The position numbers were made by a program, and so were the translations under genes. The notes below the pieces were generated by a model. It did no database searches. It had not been told where the DNA came from and worked only from the letters and a program-made list of their open reading frames with translations. A stretch of DNA of 64,000 nucleotides from Lytechinus pictus (taxonomy: Eukaryota): contig NC_087245.1 of the NCBI RefSeq assembly GCF_037042905.1, positions 31,684,001-31,748,000 on the forward strand, in the 5' to 3' direction. Positions 1 through 14,154 of this stretch are shown here, one piece after another (positions within the stretch are counted from its first letter, which is position 1; every line of letters starts with the position of its first letter).

Positions 1-334
1 CCTGCCGTCTGACTGTGTAATGTGTACTTGTTATGACTCTGTGTCCATAGACGCAATGATTAATGGTGGTGTTTGGTGCAGAGAGTTGTTAGTGTCTGGT
101 TTTGTTTATGCCCAGAATAGACAGGATGTGATATGAACATCAAAGCTGAATATAACTCCCTGGTTTGTGCATGCATTTTCAGTGTATGCTATAAAATGGA
201 AACCACTTTGGGTTGGAACTGGAAGTGTACAATCTAGTGCAGTCGGAAGGAGAGGAAGCAGGGTGGCATGATCAATACAATGTTATAGTCCTGAAAATTT
301 GCAGCTCTGATTTTTAATAGATTTTCTATTCTGT

Positions 335-899
335 TCAAATCCAGGCTGAAGATGTATTTATGTCTCAATAAATAGAGTAAAATTCACAAAGCAAAATGCT
401 GAAAATTTATTTGGTCAGAATCAGAATTTTAAAGAATTGCAGTATTCCGGTGAAACAGTCTTCGTGAATATTCATTAGGTGGGCTGATGATGTCATATCC
501 CCACTTATTCTTTTGTATTTTATTAAAAATATGAAATTAGGTTTATTCAAAATTTGTCTACCAAGAACTATTAGATTGACAACTGATTTGATTGCATTAA
601 TTAGTTAATTATTGCTGCAACTTATTTCATCATAAATTTACACATTTATGAGAAATTGAAACAATCATGATTTCATAATAATATAAGAAAGAGGAAAATG
701 GGGATGTGGAATCATCAGCCCACCTAATGAATATTCATGGAGACATGCCTAGAACTTTTTCACCGGAATAATGCATATCTTTAAATTCACTATTTACTTT
801 GTTATTTGTTATCCGATTTTGATCAAGTTATCAGCGGTTTGCTTTGTGAATTATACTCTATTTATTTTAGATAAAAGCACCTTCAGCCCGGAGTATCCC
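335..899. mobile_element. Degenerate Kolobok-like MITE
   Basis: Internal inverted repeats (gaatattcattaggtgggctgatga / tcatcagcccacctaatgaatattc) and a right end gagtatccc-ttaa. A related copy lies at ~9325-9692. Confidence 0.6.
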
Positions 900-2199
900 T
901 TAAAATCCTGCTTCTGATTTATACTAGTGAAAAATTTACATTTTAACAACACTTGCAGGAGAAGACAGAAAGAAAATATGGATTTGAATATATCATGGAC
1001 GTACAACTCTGACAGTAGGTTCATGAATATATTCAATTGGTTGTTTGACACAGGATAGAAGATGAGCTGGTTGATGTAAAATCCTCCTCCATCAGTCTCT
1101 CTGATGAAATTTCACAGAAAACACATTTTTCTCAATAAAAAACACTGGAATTTATAGAAATATTGCAAAAATTTTGAAGATCAATCAAAGCAAAATCTAA
1201 TCAAATGAAAGTACAATGACATGTATGCATAGTGAAAAGTCTGCCTACATGTATTAAATGTGTTTGTTTAGCTTAATCTGCATGGAAACTAATACATATT
1301 TGAAAGAGAAAAACCCGTAAGATTCTCACTTTCTACAATTGAACTATCTTTATATTCTTGACTTCGTAGGCCTACAGTACATATCACCGAAGAATAAGGT
1401 GTGTGGTATTTAGAACACAGAAGAACATTACATGGCTTTGGCATTTTAGGAAACAGAAAAACTGAGGTCTCTACATTTGACATTTATTGAATGATTGAAA
1501 TTTTTAAAAATGTTTTCATATATATTCTATTGTAGGCAGTTTCCTTGAGGAGATAAAACTTTTTTTTTCGAACATGGAAAGCCGTGTTCATGCTGACACT
1601 TGTGTACAGACCTATTTCATGTTTTTTTTTTACTTCTTGTCTAAATGAGGGATTTTGCAATCACATTCAGCTCAATTTTGCATTCACAATACATGCAATA
1701 TTTCATCTGGTAATCCGTTATCTGGTATCTTCATTTCTTTGTAATTATGCTATTTTATATTTCTCTCCCAAAAAGGTATCTCAATTTCATGATATGCAGA
1801 TAAATTGGTAAAATACAGATTACAAATGAAGATAAGAATTGGCATGATGTTGTGCCATGAGAAGTCGATAGATGCCTTTGGCTGTAACTACTAACTATGG
1901 CATGCTGATAACACAAAATTTTAGAGAAGATATATTAAAAAGGAGGCAACTTGTCAAGAGTCTGTGCCTCTTATAAATAGCAGGAATCCTGCTATTACTG
2001 CAATTTTCCTGCAGTCCCCATTATTTTGTCTATGGTGAATGCCGGGATGATTTAGAAAAGCTGCTTTATACAGGATTCATGCAAGGGAAAGTCACACGCT
2101 CAGATTTTTGACAAGTTGTACATTGCAAAAAATTACAAAAAAGGGGGATAAATACAGTGTGCATATATGACATGGGGTCTCAACTTTTATGTAATTCAT

Positions 2200-2556
2200 G
2201 GGCCTGTTATATATGTCGGCTTTGAAGCCGATCCCAATGCCGGGTGTGGAGGCCTTCACGCCTGCAATTTGAAGCTTCCTCAAGACAAGCCATTATACAT
2301 GGTCCGAGGCGCGCAAAGTAGGGTCAGTGACTTATAAGACGGCTTCATGTTGCTTTTTACTGTAAGTCACCACAGCACCCTCGTTTAAGCTGACCCGAGT
2401 CCACTTTGGTGTTACACATACAAATTGTGGGACTGAGGCCGGATGTAGGCCTGTTTCAAATCGGATCGAGAGGAAGACTCGGTCCAAGCCAGCGTAATTC
2501 CGGCTTCATGAAAAGGGTGGCTTCAACCAACTTTCGAGGCATGTGTAACAGGGGTC
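2200..2556. mobile_element. MITE with imperfect TIRs
   Basis: Ends gggcctgttatatatg ... catgtgtaacaggggtc; CpG-richer than the flanks. Confidence 0.5.
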
Positions 2557-2594
2557 ATAGTGTCAAAATGTGAACATGGTTTTAATGACACAAA

Positions 2595-3064
2595 AGGTGG
2601 TTTCAGACCGCCTCGAAGTTCGTCAGTTCCAGGTATTCTCTGATCGGGAAATTTACCCCGATCGGAAAATACCAGGTATTTTGGTAATGTGAAAGCAAAC
2701 TATGCGTAATTTCCCGAAAGAAAATACCCGCTAAATAGTAGGTACTTGGCGAAATTACGAGAACTTTCGTGGGGATTTTTCCAAGGTCGCAGGTATTTTG
2801 GCAATGTGAAAGCAATTTACGGGAACTTTTAGCCCAGCGTGTCGTGGGTGGCTGCTGGGATCTGGCTGGGCTAGTGGTTTTGAATCTTGCGCCTTGCCTG
2901 CTTATTAGACCATACTGCGCATGCTCCTAACTTCAGGAATTTATCCCGAAGGGTATGTTTCGGGGCGGTGTGAATGCAGGAATAATTAATGGGTATTTTT
3001 TAGCCTAAAAATGTTCTCGTAATTTAACGGGGATTCTTGTGATCGAGGCGGTTTGAAACCACCT
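2595..3064. mobile_element. MITE, probably PIF/Harbinger-like
   Basis: TIR aggtggtttcagaccgcctcga ... tcgaggcggtttgaaaccacct. Near-identical copy at 10750-11225. Confidence 0.8.
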
Positions 3065-3497
3065 AAAGAAGAGGCTAAGCTCAAGTTTTGACAAGGAAGC
3101 ACAAAGAGCTGACAAAGATTTATGATTTTAAGAGACCATTATAACCAACAGATTATGGCAACAATGGGCCTCATGAGAGACAGAGGTGAATAGAGGGGCT
3201 TTATTGGGGATCTGTTACAAAACTCTATTGATCATTGACATAAAGGTCTTGTCAATAAAAGAGGAGTCAATAGCTACAATCAAAGCCATGATTGAACATC
3301 ATAGTAATATATCATAGACCAATAACAGAAGTGTGTAGATACATGCATCTGTATACAAAATATGCCCTGAGGAATTGGAAAAGCAACAGTTTTGTTCTAT
3401 TTTCAACGCAGCATATGCAGCTACAGCTTGAAGCAGTTCTCGAGGAAAGCACATGTGGTGATCTCAGTTTAATAAGGTAATAAACTTACTATTTTAA

Positions 3498-3899
3498 AGG
3501 TAAATGCTAGTTTTGGTAACAATATCAAAATGAGTTTGTACAGAATCCAATGAAATGACCACCAAAGTGTCTGTTTGTATACCGGGTAAATAAAAAGCAT
3601 GTGCCAAAGGATTCTGGAAGAAATTGTGTAATTGCTGAGAAATCAGCAAATAAGCACAGGATTTGGGTTGAGCGTCGGGCCCGACGCTCAAAGCAATAAT
3701 TATACACAGTCCCACGTGCGCTTATCTGTGTTGGGGAAGTTCAGTCTGAACATTTTTCTGCGTAGATTTCAAGATTTCACAAAGTTCAGTTTATGTAACT
3801 GTACCAGATCTAGATCCTCGATGATATACTGACAATTAAGCCTGGTTTTACAGACTTTCTCATGAAATCAGTGTTTACTGCAACTACTGGAATTTCTCT
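3498..3899 (-). mobile_element. Kolobok-like MITE family A, copy 1
   Basis: TTAA flanks, ~14-bp TIR and a central gatctagatc palindrome. Six copies are in the window; the strand shown is relative orientation. Confidence 0.85.
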
Positions 3900-5497
3900 T
3901 TAACTTCCATGTCCTGTGAGTACATATAGTGTACATGTTGTGTGTAGTACAAACATGCTTTGGACAAGGAATTAAACAATGTTCTGCGTGGGAATATTGG
4001 AATCTATCTTCTTCAGCTGGACCAGTTTCAAAATATATTGCCTTGAAAGTCACAAGTTTTCTCTTAATTTGTTTTCCTGTGAGCTATATCTCTTTTATTT
4101 GTATTTATCTATTCCTTCAGTTCCTGCTACTCAACTGCTGATTCTTTTTTTAGCTCATCTTCACTATTGTTTTATACTTGCTTCAACATTTTGGATTCCA
4201 TTTGAATTTGAAGTATGCCAGTAAGGTGTATTCTGGTATCATATACTGTATACTGTACTGTACCTTTTACATTGCCATATTGAATGTTTCATAAAGTTAT
4301 GAAATATAAATCTAGAATGAGAGCATGTGTGGGCACCGTCATTTTGATCCGTTTGCAACTTCTAGTGGGGTAACTACATGTATAGAAGCCATCAGCCAAT
4401 GAAACATTGTAGCTGCACCCATGCACTGGGATTACAATGTTACATGCTAATATACATGTATTTCAAGCAAGAAAATTGAGAAACCTTCTACATGTATAGG
4501 TCCATAGCTCTTCTTGGTTGATTTAAGGTTTGAAAGTAGTATCGTGTGAAAGTTTTGATTTAGGCCTTGGCCATAGATCTAAGGAAATATAGGCCTTAAA
4601 ATGGTTGATGTTCATAGTCTTTGGTCACACTGAATTTCTTTTGCTTGTTGTATTGTGTATATGGATTAATTTCCAATCATTTATATGAAGCAAGGCTTTT
4701 CCATATTTTCCTAAATACCAAAAAGAAAATCCACTATTTTTTAATGCAAATTAATGTGGCATGTTAAGTGTTGATACCTCCATGGTCTACACCGCCATAA
4801 CTGGAAGTGCTGGACTGCTGGTACAGCAGGGAATAATTTTCCTGGTATTGCATCACAATTTGCTCCACATTTTTGAAAGACTGCTATACATAAAGTCTTT
4901 TGTATAGCATATTTTAACATAGGACTGTACATTACTTAGTTGAGAGCTTTTCTCTTATAAACCAAACATGCTATTGAAATTTGTAAAGCAAAATTATTCC
5001 CTGTATAGTACATGTACATCATCCTGTCTAACAGTGAATTGTGCAATAATCTGTTTGTGGTTCTGACACCTCACACTGTCAGACAATGTGGTTTCCTTCC
5101 TCATAGGAAGTACATGGACTTGTAGGCCTATACATATCTCTTTTAATTGCCATGGTGGTAAAGGAACTACCTGTATCATGTATGGTTTACAATTCATTGT
5201 TGGTTGGTACATATATTTTACATGTACGGTATTGCAAAGTATGTTTACCGGTAGGAATCAACCATCATTGTGGTTGGTTAAGCAGTGTGTGCCTAACAGG
5301 CTGCTTGAAATGCTATGAATCCAGTGACCGGTTAATAATAATTGTGAAGCGCTTTGAACAGTCATAGATTGATAAAGCGCTATATAAATGCCAATTATTT
5401 ATTATTATCATTATTACTAAGAAACCAAAGAAATGAAACTCTTGAGTTGAGTACGGTTTAATTCTGTTTAAATTTTGACGTTTAGAATCATATCCAG

Positions 5498-5656
5498 GTG
5501 GGTATTTCATAAAGCTGTTCGTAAGTTAAGAGCGACTTTAAGAACGACTGGTGAACCTTTCTTACGCGCGTAACCATCGCCAATGAATATACCATTTACC
5601 ACAATAAAGGATCACCAGTCGTTCTTAACTTACGAACAGCTTTATGAAACGGCCCC
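5498..5656. mobile_element. Short palindromic MITE (Harbinger-like, CAG target)
   Basis: tttcataaagctgttcgtaagttaag ... cttaacttacgaacagctttatgaaa, with CAG on both flanks. Confidence 0.7.
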
Positions 5657-5743
5657 CAGGAACTTACAATGTAGTTTGTACAAGAATATAAGTAATCGAC
5701 TATGCAATATAGGTCAAATATGATATGAAATACAGGTTATTAA

Positions 5744-6138
5744 AGAGAAATTCCAGTAGTTGCAGTAAACACTGATTTCATGAGAAAGTCTGTAAAACCA
5801 GGCTTAATTGTCAGTATATCATCGAGGATCTAGATCTGGTACAGTTACATAAACTGAACTTTGTGAAATCTTGGAATCTACGCTGAAAAATGTTCAGACT
5901 GAACTTCCCCAACACAGATAAGCGCACATGGGACAGTGTATAATTATTGCTTTGCGCGTCGGGCCCGACGCTCTATCCGAATCCTGTGCTTATTTGCTGA
6001 TTTCTCAGCAATTACACAATTTCTTCCAGAATCCTTTGGCACATGCGTTTTATTTATACAAACAGACACTTTGGTGGTCATTTCATTGGATTCTGTACGA
6101 ACTCATTTTGATATCGTTACCAAAACTAGCATTTACCT
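5744..6138 (+). mobile_element. Kolobok-like MITE family A, copy 2
   Basis: TTAA flanks; near-identical reverse complement of 3498-3899. Confidence 0.85.
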
Positions 6139-6320
6139 TTAAACTAAAAATAACAATATGAAGGCATCAAATTACATTATAACTATTAAAGCTGAAGTTG
6201 TTTCTTTCATTTTAATACAATAACTTTTGCTGGAGCAGCCTTCAACATGTCAAGAATTCTAAACAGTTTGGAGTTGCTCTATGGGACAAGGATTTATAAT
6301 TATTTTTTTGTTATTTATAT

Positions 6321-9264
6321 GGGCATTTTCACGGTAACTGACATTACACGGCACAATGTTTTCACACCTTCCATTGTGTGTATCTCTAAAACAACAAATG
6401 ATGGGAGCTTGCTTTTGATAGAGTTAATAAAGTGAACCTTGCTGTATACTCTGATACTAAGTTTTCCTATGTAACCACATTTTTTTACGCATCAGCAAGC
6501 AAAAATGTGTCGGTAACTGACATTACGCAAAAGGACATGCAATTTCAGGGTGTTCATTAAAATTGAAATATCTCATGTCCCTGAGTAGATAGAGAAATAA
6601 TTTGAATATGTAAATATACCTCCGTTACTAGGTTAAGATGTGTCAAAATATTAAACAATTCGTTTTTGTCTTTTGGGGACTATGATAATTTTTCCACAAC
6701 CATGCTGGTAACTGACATTACGGGAACTGACATTACACTTAATTTGCCATTGAGATAACACATGGAAGTCAAATGTGTGGAATCATTGCATTGTATCTTC
6801 CGTGCAGGGCTTCACATGAAAGTGAGCTTGATGTGGAAGTATACCCGAGTTTTTAGGAACATTTCAATGAAAAAACTTTTTCTTTTTCTTAATTCCTTTC
6901 TTTGATTTGAACATTTTTATCATTACTTGTCGGTAACTGACAATACACATTAACATTACCCAGTGCTATATGATTTTCAGAGGCATAATTTTCTTGGTAC
7001 TTATATGTAAGGCTTTTTAAAATCATAAGAGTTTCATAATACTTCACATTTTTAATAATCAAAAGATAAGAAATGTATGTTTTCTTACCCGGGGGGGGGG
7101 GGGGGGGGGTGGGTCATAGCAGCTACATGTTTTCCTATAGTAATTTAATATTGCATTGACTGTACTACATGGATTTTTCTGACTATACACCCATAATATA
7201 TTCATCAGTTTTATATTGACTTTTTAAACCTTTTCCTTTCCCAACCTCCCCCTCCCCTCAAAAAAGGCAAAATTAATAAGGGTCTCCTCCCCTAGGCTAC
7301 ATGTACCCCTCCCCCGAATCTCATGCAGCCATGTAGTTTTAGTGATTTCTATTCTGGTCAGTGCAAGCAATGCTTGTTCATATCTGTCGGATTTCAATTC
7401 TCTTCATAATTTGTTTAATCATTTTCTTTGCTAATTTCTTTTATAAGCTGTCAACAAAAAATAAACTCCAGCTTCTAAACTGAAACTGAACTATTTGTAA
7501 ATTAGAAAAAACACCACAGTTTTAGTAGATCCATGCAACATTGATCAGAACTGTCAAATTTCACTTTTCATCTATACTTATAAACCAAAAACAAAATTGT
7601 ATCACACATCCACACTACTAACAGGTATAAAATCCAGGAATTTACTTTTAGCGAGGCAATGCTCAAAAGAATCCTAGAAACTAAAAAAGGGACCCTGGAA
7701 ATCCCCTTCATCACAATGTTAAGCTTAAAAAATGTTGCAGATTTAGGCAATAGGTTGGGAAAAGTACCACCTACCCCCCCCCCCCCCGAAAACCAAACAA
7801 AAAATTGTCTGATACAAACAATTAGGTACTTGGTAAAGTGCATGTACAAAACAATTTCATAGTATTTTTTTTTGCACGATGGGAATGCAACTGATTCAGC
7901 CCCCCTTTATGATCTCGGCCGTCGATCACGCGATCGCAACGAAAATTGGCACGCGCTTTACCCATGGCATTATCTACAAAACTATAAAATCAAATTGTGC
8001 AGAAAATCTCATTGCTGATTAATTATGCTAATTTATGCATAAAATCATAAGTTTGATCTAATTAATAAAATAATGACCCTAAAATGCTAATTTTTGTTTC
8101 ACATACTCTAGATAGGCATCTGATCAAATTTATTTTTCAAAAATTTCAACATCACATTTATTTTCTTATGTATTCTATTGATTTTTAAATTTCTTATGTA
8201 TTTCTTTGTTTTTTGGACCTTGTTTTTTATTGTTTTTTCAATGGATATTGTCAGGGACTTTATTTTGGCCCTATACAAGATAAAATTAATTGATTTTAAA
8301 AGTAAAAGGAAAAATAATGATACATTTTATGAATTTTGGCTGAAAACACTATTTGCATTGGATTTGTACACAAATTCACGTTTTTTAGTAATTTTGGGTC
8401 TGCATGCACTTACAAAATGTTGCGTAATTTCGGAACCGTGTACCCGGGGGTCACAATTTTGGTCTCAAAAGTTGCTCGAGACGTGAAGGTAAAAAGTCAG
8501 CTAGCGACGCGGTCAAAAACATTCGAGCAGTGGATTTATCGCGAAAAATGTCGAGGGGGGGGGCTGAATCAGCCCCCCCCCCCAGTCTTCTTAGGGTTAG
8601 ATAACAAGTATACAATATTTCTTCACCATAAAATTGACCACATATTTGCATTTCAATATTGGTAACCAACGTTTTATCATGGTAACTGACATTACATCTC
8701 GGTAACTGACATTACATTTTCCACTTGGTAACTGACATTACATATATTTAATGGTACCCTATTGCTTCATTGTTAATTGGTAATCTTTAATTTTGGTGTA
8801 GAAGGGAGGGGTGTTACCTAGAGAGGAAATCTACCAAGTTTCATATAATATATCCTCTTTTCCAGGAAATGAGAAAAAAAAGTTTATGTTTTCGGTAACT
8901 GACATTACATACCATATCACATACTTCATCAATGTTTTTTTATCAGATGAATGAATTACTGGTGTTTCTTTCTGTGGGATTTTAAAAAGTGTTATAATAG
9001 CAAGCTAAATCAAAGGCGAAAACATCATGATCAAACCTGTTCTTTAAAAATCTGTCAAAACAAAATATGTATCAATATACTATTTTCAACACTAATTTGT
9101 ATCCATACTTTGGCAGCCATTTTGAAATAAAAAATGGCTGCCAGAGTCGGAAAAAATGTTGTCTCAGAAACTTCAGGTCTTGTTTTATTAAAAAACATAA
9201 AGCATTTGACATGAATATCAACTTTATTTTTTTGCCTCTGTGTCCATCTGTGGTGAAAATGCCC
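6321..9264. mobile_element. ~2.9-kb non-autonomous DNA transposon, Sola-like
   Basis: TIR gggcattttcac ... gtgaaaatgccc with ATAT on both flanks (4-bp TSD). About nine same-strand copies of ggtaactgacattac lie near both ends. No transposase ORF. Confidence 0.7.
7893..8596. mobile_element. Partial piggyBac-like element nested in the Sola-like element
   Basis: Right end ...ttaggg-ttag, with a subterminal G-run/ctgaatcag/C-run hairpin that is echoed at the degraded left end. Confidence 0.45.
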
Positions 9265-10670
9265 ATATGATGTATGAATGACCTCTTTTATAGTTTATGA
9301 AGCTCAATTGATACCCGTCTGACTTCAAGTGGTACTCAAGGCTAAAGTAAACTTCACTGAGCAAAATGCTGAATATGTCATCAAAATCTGAAAACCAAAA
9401 AGAATAGACTTAAAAACTTTGCAATGTTTTGTGAAAACATAACATGCAGTGCACCATCATGAATATTCAATAGGTGGGCTGATGACGTTATATGAATTAT
9501 GTCCCTACTTTCCCTTTTCTCACGTCATTTTATTCGAATCATGTTTTAGTGCTTTACCACTTTTAATGTAAATTTTGTAACGTTGTTTTTCTTTGCCCAA
9601 TTTTGATGATATTTTCAGTGTTTTGCTTTGTCTGACTTAACTATATCTTCTTAAATCATATCATATTCAGCCTGGAAAACTTACCCCATTAAACTAAGGT
9701 TTGTGTTAATGATAACATACATATACCAGCCTTTGGGAAATGTTAATACTCTAATTTGACTTTGTTGTAAATCTGAGACAAAATTACTTAAACTTCACAA
9801 CCTGTCTTTTTAGTGTATCTTCTAGGCTCTATATTTGATTTAGCACTGGTCATGTACTGAGTAAAAACAAAACTTCCTAGTGAAAAAAAACCTCATTCTC
9901 TTTCTATCTTGTCACCTTGAATTGATCCCCGTTTCCCTTTCGATAGGAAACCAAGCTCATCCTATTCTTCCATGTGCATTGTAGAATAGGAATGATAATG
10001 AAAAATAACATTCCCAATTCCCATCCTGACCTGGCAGGCTGGGTAAATTAAAGCCTGTCAAAATCTTTGGTTGATGCTAAGTAATGCGAATATTATTAAT
10101 TGATTGTCATGTAAAATTCCAATGTTACAATAGTGTAAATACATGTAGCTGGATTTTGTCTGCCATTTGAATTCAAATTTGTGGGGAATAATTTTACTTC
10201 TCAAATTTGAGTTAGCATTCCCAGTTTTAAGAGACAAGCTTTCAACTATGTTCTCTACAGTCCTATTAGCAGTCATAAAAAAGTGGAGCATATAACAATG
10301 CAATGGCAGGAAAAGTATTCCCTGAATTTGGCATTTTTTTTCAGCTGTTAGAAATTCAACTTTGGCCTCTGGCGACTTCTCTTGGTAAAGTTTTTATTAT
10401 TTTAAAGAAGCCCTTTGAGCACTTTACGAATTTTAATGGATATTACATGTAAAAGGGTACAGAAAGTGTTACATGTAAATTCTGAAGTTTTCTGCCGATT
10501 CTGTGCATAAAAAGGGGGCTTTATTTGAACAAGACAAAAGTAGATTGATCAGGCTCCAGATCAGAGGAAATGTAAAAGCAGTAAATTCTTTTTTAAATGG
10601 CATGTTTTTTTGCATTATAACCTTTTTAGGGCACAAATATTCACATAATCGATAAATAAACTTAAATAAT

Positions 10671-11225
10671 AGGTGGTTTCAAACCGCCTTGATCATACCT
10701 GGAAATACCTGGAACTGACAAACTTCGAGGCGGTCTGAAACCACCTAGTAGGTGGTTTCAGACCGCCTCGAAGTTCGTCAGTTCCAGGTATTCTCTGATC
10801 AGGAAATTTACCCCGATCAGAAAATACCAGGTATTTTGGTAATGTGAAAGCAAACTACGCGTAATTTCCCCGAAAGAAAATACCCGCTAAATAGTAGGTA
10901 CTTGGCGAAATTAAGATAACTTTCGCAGGGATTTTTCCAAGGTCGCAGGTATTTTGGCAATGTGAAAGCAATTTACGGGAACTTTTAGCCCAGCGTGTCG
11001 TTGGGCGCGGGCGCCGTGGGTGGCTGCTGGCCAGTGATTTTGAATCTCCCGCCTTGCCTGCTTATACAGACCATACTGCGCATGCTCGTAACTTCAGGAA
11101 CTTATCCCGAAGGGTATGTTTTGGGGCGGTGTGAATGCAGGAATAATTAATGGGTATTTTTTAGCCTAAAAAAGTTCTCGTAATTTAACGGGGATTTTTA
11201 TGATCGAGGCGGTTTGAAACCACCT
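10671..11225. mobile_element. Tandem pair: 76-bp miniature derivative (10671-10746) plus full MITE (10750-11225)
   Basis: Both units are bounded by the aggtggtttca...tgaaaccacct TIR of the 2595-3064 family. Confidence 0.8.
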
Positions 11226-13328
11226 TATGATATACCTTTTTTGTGGGGGGGGGGGGGGACCAAAATGAAAGATACATGTAGGCTTAAAAGCTTTAAAAAC
11301 AAAGTTTAATGTGTTTTTGAGGGAATTATGTAAGATAATAAGGAAAGATATTCTCAATTTGACTTTTGTGTTGCATGCTTTAAAATAAAACAGGAACCTA
11401 TGCAATTACAAATCAATTATTATTCTATGAGTTACACAATAACTTAAATGGTTTAGATAAATAAGCTCAAGTGAGGAAATGTCTCTGTAGCAAAAACAAA
11501 AGAAAACAATGAATCAACAATCAATGAACATGATATTATTAAATGAGTACATGTATGTACATACATGTACCACAATTGTTTACAGGGTGGGTGGTAATTC
11601 GGTAATGCATGCAAAATGTGTAAATTTGCACATTTTGGCTGTTTGCTTGTGGTTAACCAAAAGTGTTATTTTCATATTTTACACTTTCGATTTGATTTTT
11701 ATTTAATTTTCCACACCATGGAAATGCATGCAAAATTGTAAATTTACATATTTTAGCTGTTTGCATATGTGAGTTATTGTCACATTTCACTCATTTAATC
11801 TGATTTAAACTCCCCCGCGAAGTTGCACAAAATGGTATATGTTTTTCTATTTTTTTTGCACTTCCAAAATCCACTTTCTAACTTAATTTATGATTACCTG
11901 TCATTTATTGAAAACCACCCCCTAAAAACTTATCTTATTTTGTGAAACATGCAAGCATGATGGAAGCTCTGGTGTAGGACTGGGCTGTAGTAACTTTCCA
12001 TTTTTTAAACACAGATACAGTAAGTTGTGCTAAAAAGCTAGTGAACCCCACCACAAAATCAAATCCTTCATGCTTAGTGTTAAATGTAGACAAGAACAGT
12101 ACGATGTTCAGAGAGCCCAGAGTAAAAAACTTTAAAATTGAATGTACTATTTTATCACCTGACTCCACAATTAAATATCTAAAACATGGCAGAACTTGAA
12201 CACTTTGAATATGTTCATTTTCTGGTGAGGTTCACTAACTTTTGAGCACCACTTTACATGTTTTGTAAATGCAAAATTTGTATGTCATCTCTATTTGCTG
12301 GCATATCAATCCATTTTATTGACACTTGATAGTAAATATAATAATTTTTTTTATATTGAAAAGGAACAACTGATGTCTATAAACCAGGAACCGCAATATC
12401 ACACAAGGCTATCGATTACTATCTCAATTATCTGTTTGCTAAAATACCAATTCTTCATCTTCAGTGCTCTTAACATCACATAATGCATTGTTTGATGATA
12501 TGTACACAATAACAATTGCAAAAATAAATCTTTATTAAAACATAGGTTTTGAATTGATGCACATGAAGCTTGGCAAATACATAAAACAGGTTTATTCCAC
12601 AGCTCTCACTATTACGCAGTGTTTGTTAAGTTGGAATTTGGTTGATTTTCATGATAAAAGCTTGAATCACTCATTGCTCCAGCCATTCATCATCGCAAAA
12701 TAAACAAAAATGCAACATATACATTTAAGAAAAAAGCAAAGTTGGGCAATAAAAAATTTGTGATATTTAACAATGGACTGGTTCTATGGAAATATTAAAT
12801 CAACTCATTAAAAAATTAATAATCAAGGTTAAAATTTATGCTTTTTTTTAAATTAGCTCTGTTTTCGTCTTGTCTTGGGCAAAAATCTTTGTATGAATGT
12901 CAATGAAGAGATGAACTGACCTGAAAAACTGATTTCATAGAAGTTATGATCAACCGACCTGAAAAACTGATATTATAGAAGTTACTGCACATGCATGATG
13001 CTAATTGCTAAATTACTTTCATCATAAAGACATCCTCCAAAATTTCTAGTTCTGGTTTCTGTTTCCTTTTGTGCGAACTGGCACATTATGACAATATTTG
13101 TGCTTAACCATGCATTCTATGCTTTTTATGTCCAGGCCAGTGGTTTGGAACTAATCACTTTAACTAGTGTAATTGTTGTCAATTTGATTCATGGATTCTG
13201 TAATATGAATTGTTGAATTGGGATACAGAAGGTGGAAAAAAGTCTTGCATATTGTTTTTTTTTAGTGTAGAAGAGTTAAGGACACAGTTTAGATGTAGGC
13301 CTAAAGTATGACTAAAAATTGCTCCTAA

Positions 13329-13848
13329 AGGGGAAAGTTTATCCTAACTAACATATAACAAAAATATTGTAAAATTCTAGAAAAAATAATTAAAAATACT
13401 GGTAAAGGTTCAAGGAAACTTCATCAAGAATTAAGAAAGTTATTGGAATTTTAACTATTTGATTTGTGACGTCATATACCAGCAGCTTCCTCATATATTG
13501 TGTAGTAAACAAATCAATGAAATGTATTTAAAAATGGAAAATGGTTTTATTTAATACCTATAGTATATCAACTGACTAATCATTTCACACCCGCTCTTGA
13601 AAGAAAAAAAAAGTCCTCATGAACTCTTGAAATAATAAATTGATGCATGTTATATTACGGGGCAGCTGCTTTTATATGATTACAAATAAAAACAAAGACA
13701 TTTTAATAACTCTATTATCTTTAATGGATTTACGGTTACCTAAAACCCTCTTAATCTTTAATGGATTTTCCTAAAACCTTCAATATTTTCTAATTATTTT
13801 TTTTCTGGTGTTTTCGCAACAAACTTTTCCTGTGGGTGAACTTCCCCT
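13329..13848. mobile_element. Kolobok-like MITE family B
   Basis: Ends aggggaaagtt ... gaacttcccct with degenerate TTAA flanks. Related copies at ~29270-29730 and 54564-55188. Confidence 0.65.
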
Positions 13849-14154
13849 TTGAGGGGGCAACCGAAGAAGGCATGGAAGGAGCAAGTGATGGGGAGTTGGA
13901 GGGTTGGGTTGAGGGAGGGAGGGTGTCCCAAGAAATGTAAGGTGGAGGGCGGGGATGAGGATTATCTCTGTTTAATAGTGCGAGGTGAATCTGGCCACCC
14001 CGGCCTTTGGAGACTAAACCAGATTTAAAAACATGGATAACTACTTCTACTGTAGCATTTTACCATCGGGTGCAGCGTGATATCGAAAAGAAAACTTTCA
14101 CCAACATTTATGGAATGATTGAGATTGTGAAAACCAAACTGCATTTTACATGTA

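Noticed and set aside
3494..6161. Recurrent similar ORFs (MG.CIIIAL..., MYNYCF...) as a small gene family
   Set aside because: They are chance frames inside copies of MITE family A.
6333..8910. CRISPR-like reading of the ggtaactgacattac repeats
   Set aside because: The repeats are 15 bp, irregularly spaced and confined within a TIR element.
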